Of a DNA stretch of 64,000 nucleotides, positions 21,292 to 33,698 are shown one piece after another; position 1 is the first letter of the stretch; the number at the start of each line of letters is the position of its first letter. A program made the position numbers and the translations under genes. Origin of the DNA: Alteromonadaceae bacterium (lineage in GTDB: Bacteria; Pseudomonadota; Gammaproteobacteria; Enterobacterales; Alteromonadaceae); contig WKFN01000012.1 in the NCBI GenBank assembly GCA_014872805.1, forward strand, positions 67,998 to 131,997, read 5' to 3'. The notes below the pieces were generated by a model, which searched no databases, was not told where the DNA came from, and saw only the letters and a program-made list of their open reading frames with translations.

Positions 21292-23432
21292 TGTTGTACT
21301 AACACCACACAGGCTAATGGTGGTAATGCTATCACCAAATGGCCATTGGCAACGGTTGCAGCTTGAGGCACAAAATAATCACTCCCACCATAAATGGCTG
21401 CATCCGAATTAAATACCACCTGATATTCCCCGTCAGGGACATGTTCCAAAACATAATCACTATGTGGGATGGGCGTAAAATTACAGAGTACAACGGCAAT
21501 TTGGCCAGAATCCGAATGGCGACTAAAACACACAATGGAACGTGCATCATCATCGTATGATAACCAGCGAAACCCCTTTCCAGTATGACATTGCTCATGC
21601 AGTGCAGAGTTGTTTCGATATAAATGATTCAAGTCGCGATACAACTGTTGAATCTGTAAATGCTTTGGCTCATCTAGCAAATACCAATCGAGCTGACCAT
21701 CGTGATCCCACTCCCGATATTGCCCCAATTCACAGCCCATAAAATTGAGTTTTTTACCCGGATGGGTAAACATGAAACTTGCATAAGTTCTTAAGTTTGC
21801 TCGCTGTTGCCAATCATCACCAGGCATTTTGTTAAGCAGTGAGCCTTTGCCGTACACCACCTCATCGTGTGATATGGGCAAGACGAAATTTTCGTCAAAC
21901 GCGTACACCATCGAGAATGTGATTTCATTGTGGTGATACTTACGATGTGCTGAATCACGACTGATGTATTGTAATGAATCGTGCATCCAACCCATATTCC
22001 ATTTGAAGCCAAAGCCGAGTCCGCCCATATCGACAGGACGAGACACCTTAGCGAACGAGGTGGATTCTTCAGCAATGGTCATGACATTTGGAAACTGCTC
22101 ATAAACAGCTCGATTCATCCATTGTAATAAGCTGATGGCTTCATAGTTGTGATTACCACCATCGACATTTGGGATCCACTCGCCATCGTTGCGCGAATAG
22201 TCTAGATACAACATTGATGCCACCGCATCCACACGTAATCCATCGATGTGAAAATGCTCACACCAATATAAGGCATTCGCCACCAAAAATTGACGAACTT
22301 CATCTTTACCAAAGTCATAAATGCATGAGTTCCAATCTGGATGCCAGCCTTTTCTCGGGTCCTCGTATTCATAAACACACGACCCATCGAACTTAGCTAA
22401 ACCATGATCATCCTCTGGAAAATGCGCCGGTACCCAATCAATAATCACCCCAATGCCGGCTTGATGGCAGGTATCAACAAAATATTTGAAATCATCAGGC
22501 GTTCCAAAACGGCTCGTAGGTGCAAATAAACCAACGGGTTGATAGCCCCAGGAGCCATCAAATGGGTACTCAGAAATCGGCATACACTCGATGTGCGTAT
22601 AGCCCATATCTTTGACGTATGCGACCAAGTCTTGAGCAAGCTCACGATAGGATAAATAGCGACGTCCATCAACCGGTCTACGCCAAGAAGCAAGTTGCAC
22701 TTCATAGATGCTGATGGGGTGTGAATACGGATCGCAATTTTGTCTATTGCGCCATTCACTGTCATTCCAAACGTAAGAGGAATGGTCAAAAATAACCGAA
22801 GCATGAGATGGATATTGATCATGGTAAAAGCCTATTGGATCGGCTTTATGAGGTAAGCGCTCGCCTTGTGCATTACGCAAGGCAAACTTGTATTTTTGTC
22901 CAATGTGCGCTGACGGAATGACCAACACCCAATAGCCCATATCGGTTTTTTGCATGGGATGAGCAGTATCATTCCAGTGGTTAAATTCACCAATCACTGA
23001 CACCGCTGATGCATTAGGTGCAAACACCGCAAAACGAACCGCCTCTAAAGACGTATCATCTGCTCCATGTAACGTAATGGCCTGTGCCCCAAGCTGACGA
23101 TAGACATTTTGCGGCGCGTGATCGACAAAATGCACCGCATGATAAGCTTCATTTTTATACGCATAAGGGTCGACAATGGTGTATTCGGTGTCGACAGTTT
23201 GCACCTTCAACCGGTACTGTTTTGGGATTTGACTGGCAATGGCATTACAAAAAACCCCATCCCCGACAGCAGTCAGTTCAACCACCTGTGCCCCTTGAGC
23301 ATCCACAACGTTCACTGCGATTGCGCCAGGTATGTATACCCGACAAAAGTCTCCTAACTCGTTGCGAAATACCCCCAAATCATTGAAGGGATAACTCGCA
23401 CGTCCTTGTACCAAATGATGATAATCAGTCAT
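21288..23432 (-). CDS. glgB: 1,4-alpha-glucan branching enzyme GlgB
   Basis: DWVPAHF, GLRVDAVASMLY, TIAEEST and ISHDEVV blocks. 714 aa. Confidence 0.95.
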   Translation of the reverse strand: MTDYHHLVQGRASYPFNDLGVFRNELGDFCRVYIPGAIAVNVVDAQGAQVVELTAVGDGVFCNAIASQIPKQYRLKVQTVDTEYTIVDPYAYKNEAYHAVHFVDHAPQNVYRQLGAQAITLHGADDTSLEAVRFAVFAPNASAVSVIGEFNHWNDTAHPMQKTDMGYWVLVIPSAHIGQKYKFALRNAQGERLPHKADPIGFYHDQYPSHASVIFDHSSYVWNDSEWRNRQNCDPYSHPISIYEVQLASWRRPVDGRRYLSYRELAQDLVAYVKDMGYTHIECMPISEYPFDGSWGYQPVGLFAPTSRFGTPDDFKYFVDTCHQAGIGVIIDWVPAHFPEDDHGLAKFDGSCVYEYEDPRKGWHPDWNSCIYDFGKDEVRQFLVANALYWCEHFHIDGLRVDAVASMLYLDYSRNDGEWIPNVDGGNHNYEAISLLQWMNRAVYEQFPNVMTIAEESTSFAKVSRPVDMGGLGFGFKWNMGWMHDSLQYISRDSAHRKYHHNEITFSMVYAFDENFVLPISHDEVVYGKGSLLNKMPGDDWQQRANLRTYASFMFTHPGKKLNFMGCELGQYREWDHDGQLDWYLLDEPKHLQIQQLYRDLNHLYRNNSALHEQCHTGKGFRWLSYDDDARSIVCFSRHSDSGQIAVVLCNFTPIPHSDYVLEHVPDGEYQVVFNSDAAIYGGSDYFVPQAATVANGHLVIALPPLACVVLVQQ

Positions 23433-23446
23433 TCTATTCCTTGTGT

Positions 23447-25624
23447 TTATGCTTGACTGGCGTTAATGCGCGCTTGAGAAATACGCGCAGACAAATCCAA
23501 TATATCACGATTGCTAAAAATATCTTCTATGTTATGCGACAGCTTGCGGCGCCAATTGGGGTATTCGTTAAATGTTCCTGGGATATTGACTGGCTTGTCC
23601 ATTTGCAACCAATCTTCCAATTGTAACGATAATAGTGCTGAACTGCCCTTGGCCATATGCACCTGCATTCCGTAATTCAAAGCTTGGGTCATGCCGACAT
23701 AATTGACATCGTGCCCTACATCATTAGGTATTGAGCCATGGCCATGCAGAGTATTTAAAATTTGCTGCTTATTTTCATGACGCGATGCGTACAAAGGCTG
23801 CAAAATCTCTTCTGTCGGATATAAACCAAGCTGTTTACCCAATTCCAAATCATTGCAATGCCAATAACCTATCAAGGTTGGGAAGTCATGAATGGTCAAG
23901 GTCGACATGGATTGAATAGGGTAATGTGCTGGAGAATAAAACCCTCCATCTTCTGCTTGTTCGAAGAAAAAGACACGATAAGAATACACGCCATTAGACG
24001 CTAATTTATCTCGTATTTCCTCTGGCACTGTCCCCAAGTCTTCGCCAATAATAAGCGTTTGATGGCGGTGTGATTCAAGTGCCAAAATGCCAAGCAGATC
24101 ATCCACTGGATAATAGACATATCCGCCTTTGTCTGCAGAGTCACCTTTGACAACCCACCACAATCTCAGTAGCGCCATGGCATGATCAATGCGCAACGCA
24201 CCTGAATTGGCCATATTGGCAGAAAACAAATCAATGATAGGTTGATAGCCCTGTTGATAAAGCACTTCAGGATCCATCGGTGGCAAGCCCCAATTCTGAC
24301 CCAATGGGCCAAGGATATCAGGTGGCGCACCGACACTTGCTTGCGTCACATACAAGTCTTTGGCAGCCCAAATTTCAGCACTGCCCTCACTTACACCAAC
24401 AGCCAAATCGCGATAGATACCTATGGTGAGGTTTAATTCTGAAGCAACTGCACTGGCAGCTGCGAATTGTTGAGCCGCTAGGTATTGTAAATAACCATAA
24501 AAACGTACGCGTTCGGCATGTGATTGAGCAAATTCTGACACAGCATCATTTTGATAAGTTTGATACTCTTCAGGGAAAACGGGCCATCCCCAACTGTCCT
24601 TGCCCGCTTGGCGTAAATGTTCTTGTAGTGCATCATACGTAGCAAGAGCTGCAAGACTTTCTCCGCCTTGTGTAATAAACGCATCCAGTTCGCTGGTATC
24701 GCCTTTAATATATTCTTGGTACAAGGCATTGAGCACGGGCATTTTGAGTTCGGCAACAGCCATGTAATCAACATATTCAACTGCTCGGGTATGTTGTAAT
24801 TTTGCCTGAAATTGCCCATCGCTGACCATTGCTTGAATTACGGGAGATTGATACTCAGGGACCGCAGTAACATCAATGTACAAATGATTGAGCCACTTCC
24901 GCGATGATGGGCTATATGGCGAACATGAGTCAGGTTCATTTGGATAGAGCGCATGGATCGGATTTAACCCAATAAAATCGGCTCCCTGCTGCGCAGCATT
25001 GCGCAGTAAAGCCTGTAGGTCAGTAAAGTCTCCCATCCCCCAATTGTGTTCACTGCGCACACAATACAGCTGAACACTCAAGCCCCATACCTTGTGACCT
25101 CGAGTGATATTGTCAGGGGTAAAACACGCATCTGGCGCCATGATTAAACGCGCCTCTGCCAACACTTGCGTATTATGCATCAGTTGAAGTGTATGATAGC
25201 CGTCTGGTACTTCAAACTCTAAGTCGATTGCAAATTCTTGGTATTCGGTATCTTCAATATCCGCAGCGTTGATTAAGGTATGCTCCGTCGCAATAAGATT
25301 TTGTAGAAGATCAGCGCCCGTTTCAGTAATGACTTTCAGTGATAATGGCGTATTCACCAACGAAATAGGTAAACGCAACGCGATTATTTTGTCTGCGCTA
25401 TGACGTAATACTTTGACCGGATCAAGTGGCGTCATCCATGCATCGGCCACTTGCTCATTGATTTGTCCTACTAGAGCGTCTTCATCGTCAATGTCATAAC
25501 CCATGACCGCCAAGATCTTCTCTTTGGTTCCCGCGGCAACCGAAGTAGGCTGGCCGTAAGCATCAATAAATTGCGTTTCAATGCCTCGCATTTTGACGAG
25601 CGCATCAATGGGTGTTTGCGACAT
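23447..25624 (-). CDS. malQ: 4-alpha-glucanotransferase (amylomaltase) MalQ
   Basis: 725 aa long-form GH77 (GALRIDHAMAL, IGEDLGTVP, YxSxHD). First gene of the malQ-glgB-glgX-msrB string. Confidence 0.93.
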   Translation of the reverse strand: MSQTPIDALVKMRGIETQFIDAYGQPTSVAAGTKEKILAVMGYDIDDEDALVGQINEQVADAWMTPLDPVKVLRHSADKIIALRLPISLVNTPLSLKVITETGADLLQNLIATEHTLINAADIEDTEYQEFAIDLEFEVPDGYHTLQLMHNTQVLAEARLIMAPDACFTPDNITRGHKVWGLSVQLYCVRSEHNWGMGDFTDLQALLRNAAQQGADFIGLNPIHALYPNEPDSCSPYSPSSRKWLNHLYIDVTAVPEYQSPVIQAMVSDGQFQAKLQHTRAVEYVDYMAVAELKMPVLNALYQEYIKGDTSELDAFITQGGESLAALATYDALQEHLRQAGKDSWGWPVFPEEYQTYQNDAVSEFAQSHAERVRFYGYLQYLAAQQFAAASAVASELNLTIGIYRDLAVGVSEGSAEIWAAKDLYVTQASVGAPPDILGPLGQNWGLPPMDPEVLYQQGYQPIIDLFSANMANSGALRIDHAMALLRLWWVVKGDSADKGGYVYYPVDDLLGILALESHRHQTLIIGEDLGTVPEEIRDKLASNGVYSYRVFFFEQAEDGGFYSPAHYPIQSMSTLTIHDFPTLIGYWHCNDLELGKQLGLYPTEEILQPLYASRHENKQQILNTLHGHGSIPNDVGHDVNYVGMTQALNYGMQVHMAKGSSALLSLQLEDWLQMDKPVNIPGTFNEYPNWRRKLSHNIEDIFSNRDILDLSARISQARINASQA

Positions 25625-25724
25625 AAAAATTCCAGACTAAGTTGTAGTGACCCTGCATTATTATGACTTTGTGGTCACATTAAAAGTGAATACGATTGCA
25701 TTGATAAGAAGTTTACACTTTTTA

Positions 25725-25739
25725 TGTAATAAAACTACA
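25725..25739. promoter_or_regulatory. HexR-type operator candidate (TGTAATAAAACTACA) in the malQ/gapA divergent region
   Basis: A 15-bp near-palindrome matching the TGTAAT-N3-ATTACA repeat family seen five times in this window. It lies 16 nt upstream of the predicted gapA -35. Confidence 0.6.
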
Positions 25740-25751
25740 TTTAACCGATAA

Positions 25752-26831
<1,080 letters not shown>

Positions 26832-26851
26832 TTTGTTTCTCCCACCATACT

Positions 26852-26877
26852 AGCCCAGTTCCTACTGGGCTTTTTTT
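26852..26877 (+). terminator. Rho-independent terminator after gapA
   Basis: AGCCCAGT (26852-26859), loop TCCT, ACTGGGCT (26864-26871), then a T7 run to 26877. Confidence 0.9.
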
Positions 26878-26926
26878 GTCTTGTGCATTATTCTTTAGAG
26901 AATACTCAAAAAGGACTCAACAACAC

Positions 26927-27727
26927 ATGAATACTCTCACCTTACGGACCTCATCGGCCAGTTGCCAAATTGCGCTGCATGGCGCACACCTCACCTCTTA
27001 TGTGCGCAATGGATTGGAGCGTTTGTTTGTTTCGCAGCAGGCTGTAATGGATGGCACCAAAGCGATTCGAGGCGGAGTACCGATTTGCTGGCCATGGTTT
27101 GGCCAGTTACATGCTGATATAGCTTCGCACAAAATAGCGCATGGGTTAGTGCGAAATCAACCATGGGATATTATTGCGCAAACATACAGTGCTGAAGAGT
27201 CGTCTGTCACTCTAGTACCATCTGATACGCAACATCCGTTGTGGCCATCAGGGCTATCTTGCTCAGTCAAAATCACATTGGGTGAAGTGCTAGAGATACG
27301 CTTAATATCCTCCAATTCCAGTGCAAAACCAATTGCGTTCACCGGTGCATTGCATACGTATTTCGCAATTTCAGATATCGTAGATATTGAGCTTGAGGGT
27401 TTTGAGCAAGCACATCAATGTATTGATAATAATACCGCTATACGACATGATTTTGGTGGAGATCCCTATCTAATTAACGATGAAGTTGACCGTGTCCATT
27501 TGCTGCCAGCGCCATCAACCAAAATCCTAAGTCATTCCCCAATAACAATAAAGCACATAGGGCATGACTCGCTGGTCGTATGGAACCCTGGCGCTGCTAA
27601 AGCAAAAGCACTCGCAGATTTAGCTAATGAAGAGTATCGACAGTTTGTCTGTATCGAAACTGCTCTTACCCAAAAATTTGAGTTAACTCCTGGAAACACC
27701 CATGAGTTAATACAGTCGATTGACTGA
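26927..27727 (+). CDS. yeaD: Glucose-6-phosphate 1-epimerase-like protein (YeaD family aldose 1-epimerase fold)
   Basis: IRGGVPICWPWFG and HGxxRNxxW blocks. It follows gapA as in E. coli. The ATG at 26927 is chosen because the ORF-track extension (from 26765) overlaps the gapA end and the gapA terminator. Confidence 0.85.
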   Translation: MNTLTLRTSSASCQIALHGAHLTSYVRNGLERLFVSQQAVMDGTKAIRGGVPICWPWFGQLHADIASHKIAHGLVRNQPWDIIAQTYSAEESSVTLVPSDTQHPLWPSGLSCSVKITLGEVLEIRLISSNSSAKPIAFTGALHTYFAISDIVDIELEGFEQAHQCIDNNTAIRHDFGGDPYLINDEVDRVHLLPAPSTKILSHSPITIKHIGHDSLVVWNPGAAKAKALADLANEEYRQFVCIETALTQKFELTPGNTHELIQSID

Positions 27728-27740
27728 TATTTTAAAGCAC

Positions 27741-27774
27741 AAAAAAACGCACACTATTCCTTAATAGTGTGCGT
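27741..27774 (-). terminator. Terminator after eda (possibly also stops yeaD readthrough)
   Basis: A 12-bp perfect stem ACGCACACTATT (27747-27758) / AATAGTGTGCGT (27763-27774) with loop CCTT. The A-run at 27741-27747 gives a U-run on the minus strand only. Confidence 0.85.
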
Positions 27775-27809
27775 CTAATGAAGTTTTGCGAACTGAACTT
27801 AACCGGCTT

Positions 27810-28460
27810 TTACGCGACGGCATTTGCTCCTTCCACCGCTTCTTTAGCGAGTTGCGTAATCGCATCCCAATCACCTGCATCCATCAACGCATCCGGTGCA
27901 AGCCATGAACCACCCACACAATGAATATTGGGTAGTGCCAAATAGTCATGATAGTTTGACAAACTAATACCACCGGTTGGGCAGAACACCATATCTGGGA
28001 ACGGACCTGCAATCGATTTAATGGCTTTTACACCACCCACCGCTTCTGCTGGAAAAAACTTTAGATGGGTATATCCCGCATCGCGAGCGCGCATCAAATC
28101 AGACGTAGAGGAAATACCTGGGATCAGCGCAATTGGTCCTGCTTGACCGGCAGCTAATAACTCAGCTGTCATACCTGGGCTGATCGCAAATTTAGCGCCC
28201 GCATCGATCACTTGTTGTAACTGTTCTGCATTGGTTACGGTACCCGCGCCAATCATCGCATCCGGTAATTCTTTTGCGATCAATTCAATAGCCCCCAGAG
28301 CCACAGGAGTACGCAACGTTACTTCCAAAATATTAATCCCGCCAGCAATCAATGCTTTGGCTAATGGCACTGCGTGTTCTAGTTTTTTGATCACAAGCAC
28401 AGGAACAACAGGTGATGTTGCGAACACGTCTTGTGCTGAGTATTGCCATGACTGACTCAT
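27810..28460 (-). CDS. eda: KDPG/KHG aldolase Eda
   Basis: ILEVTLRT and the Schiff-base Lys block LKFFPAE. Its start overlaps the glk stop (TAATG). Confidence 0.95.
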   Translation of the reverse strand: MSQSWQYSAQDVFATSPVVPVLVIKKLEHAVPLAKALIAGGINILEVTLRTPVALGAIELIAKELPDAMIGAGTVTNAEQLQQVIDAGAKFAISPGMTAELLAAGQAGPIALIPGISSTSDLMRARDAGYTHLKFFPAEAVGGVKAIKSIAGPFPDMVFCPTGGISLSNYHDYLALPNIHCVGGSWLAPDALMDAGDWDAITQLAKEAVEGANAVA

Positions 28461-29437
28461 TAGGCATTCCTTACATGTTGATTAAGGTACGCAGCGGCAC
28501 CCAATAACCCGTGATCGGGTTCGTTAATTAAGTACGTAGGGATATTTTTTATGTAATGAGCCATTTGTCCCTTGGCTTCAAAACGTGACCGAAAGTCACT
28601 CTTTTGTAAAAATTCGACGAAGCGCGAAGCAATACCACCGCCAATGAACACGCCGCCTGTGGTAGCTAAATTCATCGCTAGGTTGCCGGCAAAACTGCCC
28701 ATGATGGCGCAAAATTGTGTTAAGGTTTTTTCACAAATCGCGCATTGCTTATTGAGCGCGCTTTCGGTGATCAAAGCGGCTTCATTGTAAATAGGCTCAA
28801 CGCCTTCCGCTTGAGCGAGTGCTTTGTAGATATTCACAATACCGCGTCCTGACATGACCTCTTCAGCAGACGCTCGGCCGTATTGGGCTTGTAAGTAACG
28901 CCAAATAATCACATCAGTTTCATCCACAGGAGCAAAATCGACATGACCGCCTTCTCCATCAAGGGTTTGCCAGCCACTTGTAGTTTGTGTGATGTGCTCA
29001 ACACCCAAACCTGTGCCTGGACCAAATACCGCGATGTTGCCATTTTCAATTGCTGCACCTGCGCCAATTTGGATGATTTGCTCATCATTTAACACAGGTA
29101 GCGAATGAGCGACTGCTGTGAAGTCATTAATAACAAACAAATGTTCAAGACCAAGATTATTTTGCAATCCTGACGCGGTAAACTCCCAATCGTTATTCGA
29201 GAATTTGATCACTTCCTGATTGACTGGCCCTGCAATAGCGATACAGGCAGAAGTAAAGGTTTTATCCTTGTGCTCTGCAAAGTAGTGCTCTATCGCTGCT
29301 TGAATGCTTACAAACTCAATACACTGATATTTCTCAATATCGGCTATGCCGTTATCAGTAACGGTTGCCAGACGAATATTCGTTCCGCCGACATCTGCGA
29401 TCAGCTTATGCCCAAAATTGCCAATCTTGTTAGCCAT
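28460..29437 (-). CDS. glk: Glucokinase
   Basis: [14 protein letters not shown]-binding motif, colinear with E. coli Glk. The Met at 29437 gives 325 aa (321 in E. coli). The longer ORF-track form lies inside edd. Confidence 0.93.
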   Translation of the reverse strand: MANKIGNFGHKLIADVGGTNIRLATVTDNGIADIEKYQCIEFVSIQAAIEHYFAEHKDKTFTSACIAIAGPVNQEVIKFSNNDWEFTASGLQNNLGLEHLFVINDFTAVAHSLPVLNDEQIIQIGAGAAIENGNIAVFGPGTGLGVEHITQTTSGWQTLDGEGGHVDFAPVDETDVIIWRYLQAQYGRASAEEVMSGRGIVNIYKALAQAEGVEPIYNEAALITESALNKQCAICEKTLTQFCAIMGSFAGNLAMNLATTGGVFIGGGIASRFVEFLQKSDFRSRFEAKGQMAHYIKNIPTYLINEPDHGLLGAAAYLNQHVRNA

Positions 29438-31265
29438 TGTGTGTTGCTCCTTGCTCGACAAATAACGTACATGCACCTTCCTCAGCGCCAGAAATTGATA
29501 AACGCATACCAGCAAACATTTCACGTCCCATGCCAATATGATGTTTAGCTAGATTAGCTGGTTGCGCGTCTCGCTTAGTAAGTTCATCGGCATCCACTAA
29601 CAAAGACAAAGAGCCGGTAGTGGTGTCAATTTCAATCATATCGCCGTTGTGAACTTTAGCCAGTAAGCCTCCCTTGTATGCTTCTGGTGTAACATGAATG
29701 GCTGCAGGTACTTTACCTGACGCACCAGACATACGTCCGTCGGTAACAAGGGCAACTTTATAGCCACGGTCTTGCAACACACCTAGCGGTGGGGTTAAGC
29801 GATGCAGTTCTGGCATACCAATTGCCGCTGGCCCTTGGAAACGTACGACTACCACACAGTCTTTATCAAGTTCACCTGCGTTAAATGCTGCATCGAGTTC
29901 AAACTGATCTTCAAATACAACCGCAGGCAACTTCAGTTTGCACTCTGGAGAGCGCAGTGCGGAAGTTTTGATCACCGCACGACCTAAGTTTCCTGATAAA
30001 ACAGATAAACCGCCATCGGGTTTAAATGGTGCGGCAACCGATGCAACCACCTCTTTGTCTAAGGATTTAGATGGGCCTTCTACCCACTCAAGTTCACCGT
30101 CACGCAACACAGGTTCTTTGGTATACATCTCAAGGTTGTCGGAACAGATCGTTTTGACATCATTGTGTAGTAAGCCAGCATCCAACAGCTCTTTGATAAG
30201 TAATGACATACCGCCGGCCGCGACAAAATGATTGATGTCCGCATGGCCGTTAGGATAAATACGAGTCAATAATGGTGTTGCACGAGACAAATCAGAAAAA
30301 TCATCCCAGTTCACAATAAAACCAGCTGCTCTCGCTACTGCCACTAAATGCATGGTGTGATTTGTAGAACCACCTGTTGCCAACAATCCTACCAAACCAT
30401 TGACTACGGCTTTAGCATCCACAAGCTCACCGATTGGGCGGTAATTATCGCCTAAATCAGTAATGCGAGTGGCTTGCACACCTGCTGCACGGGTCAAAGC
30501 ATCGCGCAAAGGGGTGCCCGGATTGACGAAGGAGGAACCCGGTAAATGTAGGCCCATGATCTCAACCACAAGTTGGTTTGAGTTGGCCGTACCATAGAAG
30601 GTACAAGTACCGGCTGAGTGATACGATTCACTCTCAGCTCTTAACAGCTCTTCACGACCCGCTTTACCTTCAGCGTATGCTTGACGCACCCGGGCCTTTT
30701 CTTTGTTTGGTAAGCCGGAAGGCATAGGGCCAGCCGGTACGAATACCGTTGGTAGATGACCAAAAGATAAGCTTCCTAATAACATCCCAGGGACAATTTT
30801 GTCACATATCCCGAGCATCATCGCGCCATCAAACATGTTGTGTGATAAGGCTACGGCAGTCGATTGCGCAATGACGTCGCGGGACAACAATGACAAGTCC
30901 ATGCCGGCATTACCTTGAGTAACGCCATCACACATGGCCGGTACGCCACCAGCAAATTGCGCCACCGAGCCCACATTCTTAATCGCATCTTTTATGATTA
31001 CCGGGTAGTTTTCATAAGGCTGATGTGCAGATAACATGTCATTGTAAGAGGAACAAATCGCAATGTTCGCTTTGACCATTGAGGTTAAATCGGCTTTTTC
31101 TTGTTTGCCACATGCGGCAAAACCATGCGCCAAATTACCACATGACAACGCACCACGGTGTGGGCCTTGACGACGTGCTACGGCTATTTTGGCAAGGTAA
31201 TCTGCTCGAGTTTGCTTGGAACGCTCGATAATGCGTTCGGTGACTTCTTGAATAATTTGGTTCAT
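29430..31265 (-). CDS. edd: Phosphogluconate dehydratase Edd
   Basis: Colinear with E. coli Edd ([51 protein letters not shown]). Its last 8 nt overlap the glk start. Confidence 0.97.
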   Translation of the reverse strand: MNQIIQEVTERIIERSKQTRADYLAKIAVARRQGPHRGALSCGNLAHGFAACGKQEKADLTSMVKANIAICSSYNDMLSAHQPYENYPVIIKDAIKNVGSVAQFAGGVPAMCDGVTQGNAGMDLSLLSRDVIAQSTAVALSHNMFDGAMMLGICDKIVPGMLLGSLSFGHLPTVFVPAGPMPSGLPNKEKARVRQAYAEGKAGREELLRAESESYHSAGTCTFYGTANSNQLVVEIMGLHLPGSSFVNPGTPLRDALTRAAGVQATRITDLGDNYRPIGELVDAKAVVNGLVGLLATGGSTNHTMHLVAVARAAGFIVNWDDFSDLSRATPLLTRIYPNGHADINHFVAAGGMSLLIKELLDAGLLHNDVKTICSDNLEMYTKEPVLRDGELEWVEGPSKSLDKEVVASVAAPFKPDGGLSVLSGNLGRAVIKTSALRSPECKLKLPAVVFEDQFELDAAFNAGELDKDCVVVVRFQGPAAIGMPELHRLTPPLGVLQDRGYKVALVTDGRMSGASGKVPAAIHVTPEAYKGGLLAKVHNGDMIEIDTTTGSLSLLVDADELTKRDAQPANLAKHHIGMGREMFAGMRLSISGAEEGACTLFVEQGATHNG

Positions 31266-31277
31266 TGGTCCCTACTC

Positions 31278-31967
31278 CTATGGTGCCCACATGAGGTTAA
31301 CGGTTGCGCGATTAATTACCGCACTAATTGGCATCGCCAATTCCGTGCTTTGTAACGCCTTGGCAATCGTGTCCTTTTTGGATTCACCGACTAAATGTAA
31401 AAATATATTTTTAGCTGCTAAAATCGCCGGTAGGGTCAGCGACATACGTTGATGAGGCGCCGTGCTAGGCTGTACCGCAATGTATTTAGCTTGTGAATTG
31501 AGATCTAAACCTTGCTCGATTTGTTCTGAACATGGAAATAACGAAGCCGTATGACCATCTTCACCCATTCCCAATATCACCACATCAAAGGGTAACTGCA
31601 CATTATCTAGTGCAGCTTCACATGAGGCTACTGCATCTTCAGCATTGGCAAAATCATGCTTTAACGTAATAAATGTGGCCGCGGCTGCGTGCTCTTGTAA
31701 CAAGTACGTGCGCACAAGTTTATCATTGCTCGCATCATCGTTTATATCCACCCATCGGTCATCCGCTAAGGTAATAACCACCTTACTCCAATCCAACTCG
31801 GTTTGAGCCAGTGTCTGAAACAAGGCAACCGGGGTACGACCACCACTGACCACAAGTGTTGCTTGGCCTTTTTCTGCAATGGCTTGGTTTAGAAGCTCTG
31901 TAATAGTGATGGCGAATTCTGCGATTAACTGCTCAGCAGAAGAAAATTCGTGTGATACAAGGGCCAT
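31278..31967 (-). CDS. pgl: 6-phosphogluconolactonase
   Basis: LVVSGGRTP and DERWV-type (DDRWV) motifs. The Met at 31967 lies 2 nt after the zwf stop. The ORF-track extension overlaps zwf. Confidence 0.9.
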   Translation of the reverse strand: MALVSHEFSSAEQLIAEFAITITELLNQAIAEKGQATLVVSGGRTPVALFQTLAQTELDWSKVVITLADDRWVDINDDASNDKLVRTYLLQEHAAAATFITLKHDFANAEDAVASCEAALDNVQLPFDVVILGMGEDGHTASLFPCSEQIEQGLDLNSQAKYIAVQPSTAPHQRMSLTLPAILAAKNIFLHLVGESKKDTIAKALQSTELAMPISAVINRATVNLMWAP

Positions 31968-31969
31968 AA

Positions 31970-33469
31970 TTATTTTCCTTTTGCTTTTTTGACAGCTTGT
32001 TGTTGATACCACGCTCGACCAGTCTTAGCGAGTAAACCGATTGACTCAACTGGTCCCCAGGTACCTGCTTGATATGGCTCTGGTGGTTCATTCTTAGCTG
32101 CCCATGCACCGATGATCGAATCGACCCATGACCAAGCCTGTTCTACTTCATCGCGACGCACAAATAATGCTTGATTGCCAAGCATGACTTCCAATAAAAG
32201 CTTTTCATAGGCATCAGCGATACGTTCATCCGAAAAAGCCTCAGAAAAAGATAGATTTAGCTGGGTTTTTTGCAGATCCATAGAGCCTGATGAGGTCAAC
32301 CCTGGCACTTTATTCATAACGGTGATTTCTACGCCTTCGTCCGGTTGCAAACGAATGACCAATTTATTCGGTGGCAATTGCGCAAAGCTATCTTTAAATA
32401 AGTTATGTGGCTGACGTTTGAAGTAAATAACCACTTCAGAGGTCTTCGCCGGCATGCGTTTACCCGTTCTTAAATAAAACGGTACGCCCGCCCAACGCCA
32501 GTTATTAATGTGCGCTTTGATCGCAACAAACGTCTCGGTTTGTGATTTTTGGTTCGCATCTGGCTCGTCCAAATATCCTGGCACTTCTTTACCGTTAACA
32601 AAACCACCCACGTATTGACCGCGAACCGTCATCTCATCAATATTAGAGGTGTCAATTGGACATAATGCTTTAAGTACTTTTAGTTTTTCGTCACGAATGT
32701 CATCTGCATCTAAAGTTGCCGGTGGCTCCATCGCCACAAGTGACAAAATTTGTAATAAGTGGTTTTGCACCATATCACGCATTTGCCCTGCATCGTCAAA
32801 GTATCCCCAACGCCCTTCAATACCAACGGACTCAGCCACACTGATTTGCACATGATCGATACTGTTGTGATCCCAGTTGTTAGTAAAAATAGAGTTCGCA
32901 AATCGCAACGAAATCAAATTTAAAACGGTCTCTTTGCCAAGATAATGATCGATGCGATAGATTTGTTTTTCTTTAAAATATTCTGCTACCGTTTCGTTAA
33001 TGACTTTAGAGGTTGCCAAGTCATGTCCAATGGGTTTTTCTAGCACAACCCGCATTGAATCATCAATAGCATTAGCATGTTTTAAACCTGCGCAAATATT
33101 ACCGAAAATAGAAGGAGGCGTCGCAAAATAACACACCATAGTACGCGCTTCATTTACCAAAGGAGTAAACTGCTCATAATCAGATGGCTCAAGGATGTTA
33201 ATACATAGGTAACTGAGCTTTTCAGAAAAGCGAGACCACGTGACTTCACAAATCGTCTCGCCTAAAAATTTTTCTAAATTTTCTCGAACAATGGCAACGT
33301 ATTCTGTCTGCGACAAGGGTTGACGGGCCACACCGATAAATTTAGTTTCAGGATGAATCAAGTCAGCTTTCTCTAGCTGATACAGTGAGGGAAGCAACTT
33401 GCGACGAGCGAGATCTCCCACTGTGCCAAAGAGGACAAAATCACAAGGGTCGAACGAAGGTTTATTCAC
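31970..33469 (-). CDS. zwf: Glucose-6-phosphate 1-dehydrogenase
   Basis: GDLARRKLLPSLYQL, RIDHYLGKE and EKPxG blocks. The start is uncertain: GTG at 33469 gives 499 aa with an N-terminus the length of E. coli Zwf, while the alternative GTG at 33499 is the ORF-track start. Confidence 0.95.
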   Translation of the reverse strand: MNKPSFDPCDFVLFGTVGDLARRKLLPSLYQLEKADLIHPETKFIGVARQPLSQTEYVAIVRENLEKFLGETICEVTWSRFSEKLSYLCINILEPSDYEQFTPLVNEARTMVCYFATPPSIFGNICAGLKHANAIDDSMRVVLEKPIGHDLATSKVINETVAEYFKEKQIYRIDHYLGKETVLNLISLRFANSIFTNNWDHNSIDHVQISVAESVGIEGRWGYFDDAGQMRDMVQNHLLQILSLVAMEPPATLDADDIRDEKLKVLKALCPIDTSNIDEMTVRGQYVGGFVNGKEVPGYLDEPDANQKSQTETFVAIKAHINNWRWAGVPFYLRTGKRMPAKTSEVVIYFKRQPHNLFKDSFAQLPPNKLVIRLQPDEGVEITVMNKVPGLTSSGSMDLQKTQLNLSFSEAFSDERIADAYEKLLLEVMLGNQALFVRRDEVEQAWSWVDSIIGAWAAKNEPPEPYQAGTWGPVESIGLLAKTGRAWYQQQAVKKAKGK

Positions 33470-33542
33470 GTTTTTATGCCTTTTCAATGAACACAACACA
33501 ATTGCATTCTTGTAATGTAATATGGATTAGTGTACTCAATTT

Positions 33543-33557
33543 TGTAGTAAAATTACA
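33543..33557. promoter_or_regulatory. HexR-type operator candidate (TGTAGTAAAATTACA) between zwf and hexR
   Basis: A 15-bp palindrome-like site in the 200-bp divergent zwf/hexR region. Extra half-sites are TGTAAT at 33511 and 33619. Confidence 0.65.
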
Positions 33558-33698
33558 ACTTTTACACTGTGATAATGCAAAAAATATCACTTTAATGCGA
33601 TAATCCTGAAAGTTTTACTGTAATTTTGTGCAAAAACAATACATCTTGTATGGAAATACAGGTATATTGTTACTCATGCAAAAGAGACACCCATTAGT

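Noticed and set aside
33569-33590. CRP-like TGTGA...TCAC element in the zwf/hexR region
   Set aside because: GTGATA and TATCAC are separated by 10 nt (TGTGA-N14-TCAC), not the N6 of a CRP site. I keep it only as a minor inverted repeat.
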